NCBI RefSeq assembly: GCF_000143415.4
Contig: NW_003314287.1
Coordinates: 1,257,374-1,321,373 of the forward strand
Direction of reading: 5' to 3'
Source of the DNA: Selaginella moellendorffii
Taxonomy: Eukaryota; Plantae; Lycopodiophyta
Length of the DNA: 64,000 bases
Below the pieces are notes generated by a model that searched no databases, was not told where the DNA came from, and saw only the letters and a program-made list of their open reading frames with translations. How positions within the stretch are numbered: position 1 is the first letter of the stretch; every line of letters begins with the position of its first letter. Of this stretch, positions 22,467 to 36,295 are shown piece by piece. Made by a program: the position numbers and the translations under genes.

Positions 22467-25400
22467 TCAAACAAAAATACACAAGCACATAAAAATTAGC
22501 GTAGTGGAAGACACGATCATGCGTGGTTGCGATGCTTTGATAAATGCAAGAGTCGGGCCTTCATAGATTCCTACACGAATCATCAAAGTAAAAGATCAAG
22601 ACAAGAAAAAGAAATCGTTTGTAACTTACTGGCGAGCATGTAAGATCCAGGCCGGGTCACAAGCGTAGTCACGTAAGTCCCCTCTTGATCTAGCTGCGCA
22701 GCCACAAGTTCCCACATTGTTGTCACGAGAATGGGCGATTCTCTGGTGTAAATAAGTTGGAGCTCATTCGTATAGTTTGGTGTTGCGTTTCCTGTCGAGA
22801 TTGCCAATGGCACTGTGGGACTACTCCTGTTAATGAATGCATTCAAGTCGTGAGCCAGAAACTATAAGAAAGCTTACTCGTTCGTCTTTCTCAGCATGAG
22901 GAAAATTGCAAAAGGCTGCTCGTCGTATGATGTTGAAGCCAGGGATGAAACGTTGGAAACTGGGACGCAGAGCCTGGCTACAATTCCCATGTCCAAAGCA
23001 TTTCCGCTAAGAGCAGCTGATGCGTAAGGACTAGAACTTAGTTCATAGTGACTTTTGCGAAGGCTCTTAGGAAATGCTATGATCGTCGCGCCGTCATATG
23101 TCGAAACTATGGTTCCACTTTGCGACAATGGAAACTTACATGTTCCTGAAAACAATGAGTCAGGAGAAAAGTATAGCAAAGCCAAAATTACCTGGAGTTC
23201 TACAAATGCGATAGCTCGAGTTCGTAGAGACATCTGAGGAAAAAGCGGAATGATAGAAAAAAGAATAGCTAATCAAGAAAATAGCTTGTGGAGGATTCGG
23301 ATCTACATTTCCGGCGGCATCAATCGAGCGCGCGTGAAAGATGTAAAGCGAGGCCGGACATAAACTGTATGTTACCAGCTGCCTGCTACACTTCCTCCAC
23401 GAATGTCTCTGGCCCTGCTACACAGACCTGAGTTCGCAACAAACTCAAAAACTGCATGATAAAATTTCACCTGTGGATCCAGTGACTGCAGCATACATTC
23501 ATATCTTTCGATACCCCCGCCATCGTATCCAGAGAGTTCAAAACTGGGACTCAAGGTGTTGACAACGCTACTACGAATCAAAGTTTCCGGCGTGCCCGTA
23601 TCTGAGAGAAAGAAAAGAAACAGTTACTATGAATCTATAATGCCTAGGATGCGCTTACCTATGTACCACTTGCAGCCACTCCACAAAGAAAACGAAGATA
23701 GGTACCTGACTTTGAAAGTGTGTGCTCCATCCACCAGAGGTCCGACGTGGTAGGGGCTTCCACAAGCCACGAATACTTGCTCATCAACTTCACACTCGGT
23801 CCAAGATAACGAGCTGTTGAAGGCCAATGTAGCTATCTGAAGGCGCGTGTAAGCCTCGGGGCACACCAGTCCATGAACTGCGCTCGAGTTCGACGTTAGA
23901 ACCAGCTTTTGCTCTGCGTGATCCAATGCTATGTTGGAAGCTCTGTCCTCGGCTTTAACCATGAACGTATGCTCCACTCCAGGTGCTAAATAAGATTGCT
24001 CCACTCTCCATGGACTCGAGCACGGTATCCAAGTGCCACCCTGCACTTGAGAGTCGAGGCGACAGTAGGATGTAGCAACACCAGATGTAGATCCAAGAGG
24101 CCCATCATCCACCGAAAACTCCGCAGTTACTACGTCGAGATCTGGCTGAGAGAGCACAAATGAGACAACCGACGGAGGCGTCGTATCCACGAGAAACCTG
24201 TGCTTGATGACGAGTCCGGTGTTTCCAGCTAAATCTGTTGCCGTCACGCTGAACTGATAGACACCGTCCTCCAGATTCCGAAACCTTGCCGGGCTTGTGC
24301 ACTGTTGCCAGCGTTCTTCTTCCGCGGTGTTTAGCTTCGTCATGCAGCAAGTCGTTGTTGACACCTCCGACGACGCAAACGCATAGCTGACATCTCTGGA
24401 CGACGAAAACAGCGGCGGTACTGCGAAGAACAGCACTTCAGGAGGCAAGCTATCGATGGTGACCGTGCAAGTGGCTGGAACGCTGCTCAGAGCACCTCCG
24501 CTTTCATTTTCCGCTGCTCGTACGCTGACTATATAGATCCCGTCGGGCAGATTACTCAGTTCCAACGGAGACGAGCACGACCTCCACCCGTAAACGGCGG
24601 CCCCTTCAATATCTGACAGGTTTAAACGGCATGACCATCTTGGTTCCTGTATACCTGGGAGATTTGGCACGTCAAGCTCGAAGTAAACACGACAAGTTGA
24701 AACGTTGGTCAAGTCCTTGGGTAGTATAGTAACTATCTTTGCTCTTGGACGTTCCCTGTGAAGTAGCCAGTGGACAAATACTGGTTGTGGATCTTGGTTG
24801 CCTGCTTTGTCAACTGCTCTGACATGAAAGGTGTACCGTCCGTCTGACCGTGCCTCGACTTTGACCGGAGACCCACAAAGCGTCCATCCATGACTCGAGA
24901 GGATTCCAGACGTGAACTGGCACTCGAAGTGGTCTGTGTCAGCTGAATCAGATGAGAACTCAAACACTGCGGTCTCGCAGAAGACGGATGCTGACGACGA
25001 TAGCAAAATTGTGCGAGGCGGTATGGTATCAATAGTAAAACTAGCGAAAGAAATCTCAGAGTAAGCAGTGTTCAAGAAGCTGCACAAAAAGCACGACTAT
25101 TATCCCGCACCAACTAAACAAGTCCACGTACCTTTCATCCCTTGCTTGAACAGAAAAAGTATAAAATGCATCTGGAAGGCCTTCAGCGAAGTAGTCATTC
25201 CCACATATTTCCCAGTCATGGCCCTTGGGAGTTTCAATGGATGCATCAAGCCTACAAAACCACTTTATGTAGGGACCAGAAGTTCCTTCCACGGTGATGC
25301 GAACATTGGCGATATTCCCGAATAACGGAGGAACTTCAACTGGATTGATAACTGCAAACATTCTAGTTAATGGTCGAGAAGCGAACATTGTTGCATATGG

Positions 25401-28400
25401 TAGGCAGGTACCTAAGCATGGTGTTGCACTCAAAGACGCGGCGCTTGCAACAAATGCAAAACGTTGTCCCAATCCGTCTGGACCTTCTTCTGGTACATAA
25501 TAACCATAAATCACTGCAACATAAAGTCCAGATTCTGGATCCGAAACAGACACCTACAACGTGAAGCGTCTTAAATCTTGCAAAGACATAAAATATTCCA
25601 ACCTGTTCAACATTGTTCATTCTGTCAGGACGTGGACCACCGTTTCCATACCGCTTGGTATTACTTGGATCAATCACGAACAAGTCCAAATCATTGACAA
25701 GGATGACACTTGCAGCCGGCAAGGCAGGCGGATCGTACCTGCAAATTACATCTGAGACGAATATAAACTGTTCCTCCAAGTCACTATACCATGCCAGCGT
25801 GAATTTCAAGTCCTCGGAGCCAGGAAAGCATGAGAAGCAATACCGTTGTCCAAATCCAGTTTTTAACGGGTTGCCTTCCTCCGCTGTAACGTTTAGTTTG
25901 TTGTGACCAGGGAGAAACAACGAGTGAAGAAGATCAATTCTTCCATAGCCTTGATTGAAGGAGAGTGGAGGATCTATGATCACTCCATTACCTGCTTAAA
26001 ACTTCAATATTAGCATACATCGTGTCTGAACAAACAAACCATTTAGTCCTCGCAGAGGCACAGCTCCATTAATAAGAATGGCTTTCACCAAGGCTCCCGA
26101 AGGTTGCCGAGAATGTGCGAGTACCTACAGTAACTGAGCTGTCAATTGAATTGCTGCAGCTTGACAGACAACCTTAGATCCTGTGGGGTAGAATCCATCC
26201 ATAAAATATTGACGGATGAGCGCTGCTCCTCCTGCTGTAATTGGTGTCGCCATCGAAGTTCCTGATAAAACTGCAGTGGAATGTCAGCGAAGACTAAACA
26301 CTAAGAACCACGACAACAACCTAAGGTCCTGCATGTGGCTTCTTTCGAGCCCATGTTGCTCCTGGCAGAGACAATCTTGTCACCTGCAAACAAGCGCGAC
26401 GTCAGCTCAAGGAAAATAGTCTCGTTTGGAAAACCTGGCGCAACAGTTTCTGGTTTTTGACGTCCGTCCAGCGTTGGACCCCACGACGAAAAACTTGTCA
26501 TGGAATCAATGCGTTCTCCATTAAAGGGAACGTGGCCCACCACTTCCACAAAGACTGAGTCACCGTGCGTGAGCATCGAGTCTAGATAATCCCCGAAAAC
26601 TCTGGGAATTGAACCGCTTGGAATGGTTATACTCTCCAGTGACGATCTTAACGACAACGGAAAGTAGCCTGTGTTTTCGTTGTTGAAAAACACGGCTGCC
26701 ACACTACCGGCGTCTTGTATGGCAACAAGCTGCAACGATAAGAAAACGTTGGCATGTACACTTAATCAAGGAAATTGTACCTTATCAATGCAGTCACAGC
26801 CTTCTCGACTTGCCAGCACCACCATTCCTGCTGCGTTGGGAGGTGAGATACATGCCTCTCCCGGTATTGCTCGTAGTAGCGGAAATGGACCCCAATTATC
26901 CTGAAACATTACTCCGAAAGAGTTCTCTAGCACCCCGACCCGCAAGTCACTGGTTCCGTTCAAAACGTAAAAACGTAAAAGAGCAAGGTTTTCATGACGT
27001 ATGGAATGCCCTGGGCCCATACTCGCGCCTACAGTTAAACTATTTTTTGACATTGCTGGAGAAGTGATAGTTCCTGCAAAACTTCAGAAGGGCCTCGAAT
27101 GAATGAAAGTAAAGAAAAAAGTCAGTCTTACCTACAGAGGAATAAGACGAGCCAGCATTGCCCGCAGCAAAAACAGGTAGGAAAGCCTGGAAAATGCAGA
27201 AACAAGGAAAAACGTGATGAATATGGGGAAAAAAGAGAATTTCAGAGATCTTACAGGATTGTTGTAGGTGAATGCATCCACACTTCGTGACATAAGGTTA
27301 TAGGAACGATCCACAGTTGTCCAAGAATCACTATGAATTCTTGCACCCAGACTGTATGCCTCCCTGTGGGTATTCATCTGAGAAATAGCAGGTTAGTAGA
27401 CATAAAACACCACACAAGCAGACATACCAGTAATAATCCGAAAGATCCATGGGTGGCGTGACATAAGTGTTCTTTCCAACGCCAATGTCCGTGAAGACAA
27501 GCTTCGCATGAGGCGCCATGCCGTTGTACTTGCTGGATTCGATAGTAAAGTCACTGAGTGTTTGATCGCACTGACCAAGAAGAGAACCAGCAACATGAGA
27601 ACCATGACCATAGCTGTCGATCAAGTCTCCACCCCACATCACTCTGTAAGACACCACCTTCCTGTGGTTTGGACCTGGCGAAGAAACTTGCTCGTCCCGA
27701 AAGTAGCAGCTGTTTGACATGACCAGTGTAAAGATCTTTTAGAAATGTATACGTACCTCAGTAAGTCGACACCACTGTCACCAACACCAACAATTTGGCC
27801 GTCACCCATGATGCCCATGCCCCAGAGTGGTCTGCTCGGAAAAAATGGAGCTCCTCTCTCCAGAGGAGCCGAGACGCCACTCTGTTGGATTGCGGATGAA
27901 AACATATTGCCAAGTCGTCCCCTGAACGCTGGAGCGATCCAAGTTACCCATTCTTGCTTCGACAGCCATTCCACATACTCTCTGGCTTGATCCAGCGGTA
28001 TTGCTGCTTGCAGTGCCGCAGGTTCTAGCTTTTTGAGCTCCACGACCTTACCATGCTCGTTTAAGCTGGAGTTCCAGTCTTGGATCAAAAGCTCCAGGAT
28101 ATCGACCTTAGCAGTGCATGGCTTACAAACAACTCCAGCAGCTGTTAGCACAGTAGCCACCACACGTCCCTGGCTATCAAAGAGGACGTCTTCTTCGAGT
28201 TTCTTCGCAAAAACTTCCTGCCACTCCGGAGCAACCTTGTATCGAGGCTTGTATTCCCCAATCCAGGAAACACCCTTGGTTCTCTTCACACGATCCACCT
28301 CCAAGTTTTTTGGAAGAAAAACGTTCCAGCTATGGTGTGGCAAGTAGTGGACGATAGCACAGCCGAGCTTCACTAGATCATCTCGGACTCCCGCATTGTC

Positions 28401-28637
28401 CCCTCGGCCGCTAAGCTTGACGATCACCTGTTTTGCAAGCTTCTCATACGCACAGCCCGACGAGCCAGTCTCGCCAAGATCGCGTGATGGAGCAAGCGCC
28501 GGCGATTTTCCAATGCGGATCTCCGAAATATTTGGCGCATTTCTGGTGTCGATCTTCATACGGCGCAGGCAGACGTGATAATGCTCGCAGCCGATCGCCA
28601 CAGCCGCTAGGGCTAGCAGCAGCAATGCCCGATGCAT
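22467..28637 (-). CDS. Multi-exon secreted subtilisin-like protease (S8, KP-43/TagC type) with PA insert, C-terminal jelly-roll, several bacterial-type Ig-like repeats and a hydrophobic GPI-like tail
   Basis: Signal peptide MHRALLLLALAAVAIG; triad GVGDSGVD / GHGSHVAGS / SGTSMATP; oxyanion FAAGN; HSDSW, SFSSWGPTLDGRQKPE, QGYGRIDL, FTLAWYDPP, VNDLDL, DRMNNVEQV; repeats C.SP....L.DG.Y.F.V.A.D.AGN....DT.PP; last exon RIYEGPTLAFIKASQPRMIVSSTTLIFMCLCIFV* (TGA at 22467-22469). Confidence 0.88.
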
Positions 28638-28813
28638 CGAGACCGAGATTATCGTCTAGCCGTCTCCAAAGAATGATCACATCCGAGGAGCGCCTACCCG
28701 ATTTTGCCGATGGAATCCATCAAAATGCGAGACGCTCGCGCGCATTCTTCCGCCAAGGAAATATTAGGGTTCTTCCGAGAACAGAATATACCAGATATTA
28801 TGCTCAAGGGCAA
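28638..28813. promoter_or_regulatory. Probable bidirectional promoter (176 bp between divergent start codons)
   Basis: Subtilase ATG at 28637 (-) and aminopeptidase ATG at 28814 (+); contains a telo-box-like TTAGGGTT at ~28764. Confidence 0.55.
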
Positions 28814-31070
28814 ATGGTAATGGCGAGCACGGCTGCCGTGGACGCGAGCTGGCTGTGGATTGGCAGCGAATGCGGGCGGAGGAGCGCCAGAAGGCGCGGG
28901 GAGGTTTTTCCATCCGCGATTCAGAGATGCCAGAGGAGGTTTGGATTGTGGAAGAATCACCGCCACGCAATTGTTTCCGGCCCTCCTCCTCCATCGAGAA
29001 TCCCTATCGGCGGCGTGAGATTTTCTTCTACTCTCGCTGGAACCGGCAGTGTTCTCGGGAAGGTAAGATTGGCAAAAAATCTCTTCTTCCTCTCATCGAT
29101 TTTTTTCCTTGCAGCCTCCAAAAACTGAGGAGGATACCTCGATCTTATCAGATTTTCTTTGCTTTCTCAATGCGTCGTGGACTCCTTTCCATGCTACGAG
29201 TAAGTTGCTATAGAGTGAGTAAGTTCTTCTCGACCGATAGATTCTTCCTTACAGCTCTTTCTTTCTTCTCTGATGGATTAGTGGAAGCTAAGAAATTGCT
29301 ACTGGACGCTGGATTCTTGCAACTAAACGAAGAAGATGAGTGGTCCATTGAGCCTGGAGGTCGCTATTTCTTCACCAGGAACATGTCAACATTGGTGGCA
29401 TTTGCCATAGGTCAGAAGTATGTCAATTGCAGTTCTTTTTTACGTAGATAGGCAAAGCTTTTACTTCTCACGCGATTGTTTTTTCCTTTTCTTTTCTTTC
29501 CTGCTTGCTACATACAGGTATCAGACAGGCAATGGATTTCATGTAGTTGCGGCACACACTGACAGCCCCTGTCCAAAGCTCAAGCCCGTTTCAGCGTTAT
29601 CCAAGTCGGGTTTCTTAAACTTGGGGGTGCAAACTTACGGAGGTGGATTGTGGCACACCTGGTTCGACAGGGATTTGAGTGTTGCCGGGCGAGCTCTAGT
29701 GAAGGGCAAAGACGGAGCTCTTGATCACAGGCTCGTGCAAGTCAATGATCCAATTTTGCGGATTCCAACCTTGGCTATCCATTTAGACAAGTTTGTTTTT
29801 GCTATCATCTTTAGCTTGCTGATATCTTGTTTGGTGTAGAAATGTGAACACTGATGGTTTTAAGCCCAACTTGGAAACGCACCTGGCTCCTGTTCTTGCA
29901 ACTAAAATCAAATCGGAGCTTGCACATTCAAACGATGGTAATGGTGCGATATATTCGAATGCTAGTGTCCATCATCCTATACTTTTGCAGGTTCTTTTCT
30001 ACCCTTTTCTTTGTTCCAGAGAAAAGACAATCGTGAAAGTTTGTGTTGTTGTTCCCGCTCAGATTCTTGCCAAGGAGCTGCAGTGTGACATTGAGCAGAT
30101 TGCGGATTTTGAACTGAATGTCTGTGACACTCAGCCCAGCTGCATCGGTGGTGCAAAGAAAGAGTTTATTTTTTCAGGAAGGCTTGATAATCTAGCGTCG
30201 TCATTTTGTGCTCTACGTGCTTTAAGAGACACTTGCAAAGACAAGACCAGTCTGGAAGACGAGAGCTCGGTACGAATGGTTGCTCTTTTTGACAATGAAG
30301 AGGTCTGTCAATAGCCCCTTTTCTTCTTCAATAGCTGATGTATCAACAAACTTTTACAGGTTGGTTCGGACTCTACTCAAGGAGCTGGATCGCCAATAAT
30401 GTTTGAAGCGATGAAACGCATCGCGACATGGTTGTCCCGTACGAGTGACAGTGAGGGGATTGTGGAACGAACAATACGAAAGTCTTTCCTGGGTAATAAG
30501 CCTTGCAAATATTTTATATTCTTCTAGAATTGTGTGTTCTCTTTGCCAGTCTCTGCTGATATGGCCCATGCTCTCCACCCCAACTACTCCGAAAAGCACG
30601 AAGAAAACCATCAGCCAAAGCTCCATGAAGGCTTGGTGATCAAACACAACGCAAACCAACGATACGCTACAAACTCCGTCACTGCGTTTCTCTTCAAAGA
30701 AGTTGCTCGACTTGCTGGCATACAAACTCAGGTATGCTTGTGTATCAGCAAACGTTTTCGAAAACTCTCTTTTTTCTACTCCTTTTTAGAACTTTATTGT
30801 GCGCAATGACATGGGATGTGGCTCAACGATTGGTCCCATACTAGCGTCAGGCATCGGCATAAGGACAGTAGATTGTGGAATGCCTCAGCTCTCAATGCAT
30901 AGGTATGGTATTTACCACTTAATTTCGCTTCTCGTTGGTGAAATATCCTTGCTTTCATTAGTATTCGCGAAATGTGTGGAACACAAGATATCGACACGGC
31001 ATACAAACACTTCAAGGCGTTTTATAGAACATTTACCTCCATTGATCAACAGGTTTCCGTGGATAAGTAG
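28814..31070 (+). CDS. Aspartyl aminopeptidase (peptidase M18, DNPEP/DAP-like), multi-exon, with probable N-terminal transit peptide
   Basis: [109 protein letters not shown]; stop TAG 31068-31070. Confidence 0.95.
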
Positions 31071-31139
31071 GGTCTCCGGGTGTACAAAATTACGGCCATA
31101 GTAGCATTGATCTGAAAAGAATGATAGCAGCAAATTCAC

Positions 31140-31615
31140 AGCCTTTTACTGCCTATGAATGCCATTGACGAGGAGGTCCATGTACTCCATGTAGCAATAC
31201 GAAGGGTGCTTGGGAGGCGGCAAGCTGACCAACACCAGGGCCGCCATTCTCGAGTATCTCATGATGATCGAGTTGAGCTTCACCTCAGCTTGCATGCATA
31301 CAAGAACTTCTTCATGTCAGCCTTGAGCCCCTGTCCTCCAAGAGCATGAGATATCCCGAGATCTGGAGGGACTAGCAACATGGCCGTGTGTCCGATGTTT
31401 TCATTAGCAACTGCTCCATCACAAACAAGGCCGTGGTAATTGTCAAAGGGGCTGTGCAAAAAGCTTTGATCTTGCAGCTCTTGAAGCTGTCCATTGCTAA
31501 GAGAGAAAAAGCATGAGGCCACTGTCGCAAACGATCCAGTAGAGGTCGATGGTTCCATATTGCTTCTGGTACTCGCCAGGCCACTTGTCGGACAGTGTTT
31601 GCCAAGTTCCATATC
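31140..31615 (-). pseudogene. Truncated, internally deleted copy of the CCC1 3' end
   Basis: Pieces match 53700-54470 ([30 protein letters not shown]) with deletions and rearrangements. Confidence 0.85.
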
Positions 31616-31682
31616 ATGCTTTATTTCTTTGGGGAAGGGAGTTAATAACAAAAATATTGCTTTATTTTTTTTGAAGGTCATA

Positions 31683-31823
31683 CTTTATAACAAACACAAG
31701 TATAACTTATGCAAAACATTAGTATGTTGTTGTTAAAGGATGTAAAATTCCACTTTTAGTGAGTTTGCTTGTTGGTACAATTCAAGGGATTGCATCTCTA
31801 GAACTTGCAACAAGAGTAAAAAT

Positions 31824-31871
<48 letters not shown>

Positions 31872-31882
31872 AGAAAGTATAT
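31683..31882 (-). pseudogene. Cys-rich peptide family pseudogene 1
   Basis: MIFTLVASSRDAIP*IVPTSKLTKSGILHPL matches the precursor; an (AT)n tract interrupts the signal-peptide codons; conserved upstream TTGTTT.TTTCACTTAATTCATT. Confidence 0.8.
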
Positions 31883-33269
31883 TTTTTCCTATAATGAATT
31901 AAGTGAAATAAACAAGTTGAAATGTATTGTAAAAATTATAATTTTTTTATATTGCTAAATACGACATTTGTGCAAACTAAGCGTTATTTGAGTTGGTGGA
32001 ATATATGTCATTCTAGGCTCCCTGAAATTTATAGTATTGTATTTAACTTTTCCCTTAAACCTTATGTTGTTTGGCATTGTCATTATTAATTATTATAGCC
32101 TAGAGCAATTTTCTAAAAGATTAACATCTTTTCTCTAAAACACAAGCACAACAACTAATGAGATATAAATGCAGGCCATAGGTAGTTCTTCCACAGACGT
32201 CAAATGTAAAACCTCCAATTATAGCAGTAGCATATGCACACAACTACACTTGATTATGCATTGATTGCATCCCAAAAACATAATTCTAGATAGTCTTGTG
32301 AAGTGATAATGCAATTAACAACCTTTTCTACATAATATTTCAAATATATTTAGTAAGAAAATGTACGATTCAAAATGTGATATGCATTAAAAGATTGCAA
32401 GATTTATTGCATGCTCAAGGCCATAAAAATGCATGCATGAAATGGTATGCAAATCATTTTGGAATAGCAAGGATGAATCAACTCCCTAAATTCAATGTAA
32501 GGAAAGAGCATAATAAACCAGAAGAACAACCAAGAAAATAAAAGGCAAAAAAGCCTTTACCATGATATTTTCATGTTTAAATAAATCACCTTTACCACTT
32601 GTCTTTGAAGAAAACCACCAAATATATATTGCTTGGGCGAATTGTGGTGTAAAGGTGAATTGTGGATTCAATTCATGATTCATTTTAACTAGGTGAGCTA
32701 GGATCAATAGTTTCCTCAACTTGCTTTTCATTTGATTGTGATAGGAGAAGAACATGTCAATTCTAACACACTAACATTGCCACTCATTCACATCCAAACA
32801 AAAAAAGACAGAAAGAACTCATCCCAAGATCAACCCAAGCCCTAAAAATACCCACCACTAATAAGTATCCTCAATTGACCAAGATTGAAACAAATAAAAA
32901 TGAGGTAAAAACAAGGAGGAAATAAGTTTATAAGTAATTGTGATTGCTTTGCACTTACCAATTCCAACAGCAGCTCAATTAAGATGTCCTCTTGTATCAT
33001 TCTAATTGCAATTGCCTTAGTTTGTCACAAGTTCAGTGAAGATGTAAATGCTGTAGGCATTTGGAGAGACACTTAAATTCTTTCTATAAATCTAAAATTC
33101 TCAAATTCAATTAATTGTACTAAGAATTACATTTTAGATCTTAGACACTTATAAGTGTTTTGAGTCACAAAAACTAGTTGCAACAATACTAGATCTCAAT
33201 TTTGCCTTGGTGGGTTATCTATTAGGATTAGAAATACATATATAAAGTTGAATTTAATTTCGAATATAC

Positions 33270-33400
<131 letters not shown>

Positions 33401-33871
33401 CAAGGTAGTTAAACATGTATTAGACTGTCACTTCCCAAGAGTGTCTCTCCAATATTGCATCTTTGTTGCATCTTTTGCATATGAATTTTAAAGTATTGTC
33501 TTATGAGAAGAAACTACACATGTTATCATGTTGCAGCAAAAAAAAGATAGTTAGGGTTCTTCTCTGATTGTGAGATGAGAAATTACATGTCACTAATGTC
33601 ACAAACACATGTCCTAACAAGGAGGCAAAGGTTTATGTATGCATTCATTATGATGATTTGGAGCAAATTTTCCTCTAACCCAAAACTTCACACTTCATTT
33701 CCCTCTTAATTTCTGTAGCTTTTCTTACCTCCTCCTTTGTTTTGTCTTATTTCTACAATTTACAACAGTTACCAACTCTTGGCATCATACTTCTTCAACT
33801 TGGTCATGGATTCTCACCATGTCAAAACCTCTAGTGATCCATTGTAGTTGTTTATTGTAGCTACGAGCATC

Positions 33872-33872
<1 letters not shown>

Positions 33873-33909
<37 letters not shown>
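33873..33909. repeat. (AG)n microsatellite
   Basis: Directly visible. Confidence 0.95.
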
Positions 33910-33913
<4 letters not shown>

Positions 33914-34479
33914 ATATTTTGATTCTCAAAATATTCTGAATGGAAGGAGGATTGAAATACCACACCTCAACAATGTGTGTAGTAACATCAACAAGACCAA
34001 TAGTTACATACAAATGCCTAAAATAATGAATATCACAAATATGTATAATAGATATCACTTTCATTGGATCAAGAAAGAGTTAAAAACCTCTAATAATATT
34101 TTCATTTACCTTTTTTAACATGGTAGTCCAATGTGGTGTTTGTCTTCCCTTCTTGCACCATGTGTTTCACATATGGCATCATGATGTGGTAGGGCCCTAT
34201 AGGAACCCATCTAAATGCATACACATACATATCACTCTTATAGCAATTTGAGTATGTTTGCAAACAAAGTTAAAAGCAACAATAAAAAATCACATGGACT
34301 CTTCTTCTAGGTTTGGGCTTGAGGCTCACCATCACTTTTCCGTTGCTATATGCATTTGAATATTGATTGTTTTAAGCCCAACTTAAAAACCTTTATAGAT
34401 ATGTTATTACTTTTTAATCTATTGATAATTAAAAAAAATTATTGAACAATGTTCATTATCACATACTTTTATAAATTCT

Positions 34480-35600
34480 ATTCTACTCTTTTTTTTGTTC
34501 CTAAAGTAAAGAAATTTGTGAAAATTTACATGTTTCCTACTTAAATTCTTGCCTCTTTAACTTTTGCCAAAGTGCTACAGTTCAAAGTGTGCTTCATTTT
34601 ATTTAAATCAATTAAATTATAAATTGATCAAATCATATTAGTTGATCAATTCATGATTTAATTGATCAACTCAAAAGATGATTGACCAATTAAGTTTATT
34701 GAAAAAATCGTGATTGTTTCGTCAATTCAAAAGTAAATTGATCAATTGATTGATACTTAATAATTGTCATGGTAATTATTATATATTAAATTTAAAATTA
34801 TAAAAAATTCAATCAACTGAATTAGCTTTAAGTATAATCATTTAAAGTTTTTTAATTTTTTTAGACTTAAGGCAGAGCTTACAAATTTCAACTACTACTT
34901 TGCCCCATTTGAGATTGTTAGCCTAGAAGTGGGGCAAGGCAATGCCTTAGAGGCAATTGTGTTATCATATATATTGCTACAAGTGATAGGGTTAGGGTTG
35001 ACCACCCTGTGAAATAGCCTATAAATACTCACCATTTTAGTAAAGAGGTGTGTGTGATGTGAAATACTTTTAATTGTTGTCAATGATGCCCCATTAGTGC
35101 CATTCAACTTAGCTGTAACCAAGGCAAATGTGCCCACATTTCAATGCACTAGCACTAGAAATGGTGGTGCTAAGGCTAGCCATCTAAGCAAATGAAAAGT
35201 ATAATATACATAATTTTATAAAACCCATAAAGATTGCTACTCCAAAATTTTAAAATAAAATAATTATTAATGTTTAGTTATTTTTACCTTAGATTTCATT
35301 ATTTTGAAATTAAATATCAACTAGCAACTTAAACTCCTCAATAACTTATGAAGTGAATCAATCAACTCATGAATTGATCAATAAACTAATGAAGTGATTA
35401 ATCAACTTATTAATTGATAAATTTATAATTCAATTAGATCAAATAAATTGTCAATAATGAAGCACACTTTGTCCACTAGTGTGACATTAAAACAATTGTG
35501 GATTTGGAATTGAGCATCTACAACATAAAGCCTAGTTGCATTGGTGGTGTGAAGAAAGAGTTTATTTTTTCAAGAAGGCTTAATAATTTAACTATCCTTT
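34480..35600 (+). pseudogene. Decayed aspartyl aminopeptidase fragment (intron plus exon), split by a MITE
   Basis: 34480-34582 matches intron/exon ~29997-30082 and 35478-35595 matches ~30082-30195 (AGTGTGACATT...TGCATTGGTGGTG.GAAGAAAGAGTTTATTTTTTCA.GAAGGCTT). Confidence 0.75.
34583..35471. mobile_element. MITE / non-autonomous DNA transposon with 16-bp terminal inverted repeats
   Basis: CAAAGTGTGCTTCATT (34583-34598) and AATGAAGCACACTTTG (35456-35471), with subterminal TTGATCAA repeats at both ends; TSD degraded. Confidence 0.75.
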
Positions 35601-35749
35601 TCTATAGATATCCTTTGCTTGGAGCTAAATTATCAAATAAATGTTAATAATTTAGTTGTGGATTATTAAATAACATAATCATGCTTTAGTTTCTAAGGAA
35701 GGTAGACAAAAATATAAGTAATGTAGTTATACTTTATTTCTTTTAAGAT

Positions 35750-35979
35750 TAAATAAAAAATAGCACAATATAGATTATAATCACATATTATGGATGTTGG
35801 TTATTATGGATCAGGATAATAATATGTAAGACATGAGCAAGATGTGATGAAAGGATGTGAAATTTCATCTTTAAAGAGCTTTCTTGTTGGTACAATTTCT
35901 AGGTTTGGACATCTAGAACTTGTAATTAGAGTAACAGTCATTCAAAAAAAAAATATATTATACTATTAGAAAATATCAT
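35750..35979 (-). pseudogene. Cys-rich peptide family pseudogene 2
   Basis: MIFSNSII..(frameshift)..TLITSSRCPNLEIVPTRKLFKDEISHPFITSCSCLTYYYPDP** followed by ICDYN. Confidence 0.8.
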
Positions 35980-36295
35980 TATTAGTGGAATGAATTAAGT
36001 GAAACAAAAATTGAACTATAGAGATTATAAGATTTTCACATTGCTAAATACTGGTCACAAAAGCTCATTTTTTTTAATATAAATTAATAGAAAATTTAAA
36101 GTAGTTGATAATTTTACAAATTTGGTAGCTTTAGCATTTCAATAAAATTTTAACACTTAGGGGGTTAAATAGGGTATGTAGAAGGCTATGGAACATTTAT
36201 ATATGCCAATGTATGCTTGTTTGGTTTTTGATACCATTACTAAAAAATAGACAAAACAAATAGGGATAATGATCTAGCTCTCACAATTACATAGG

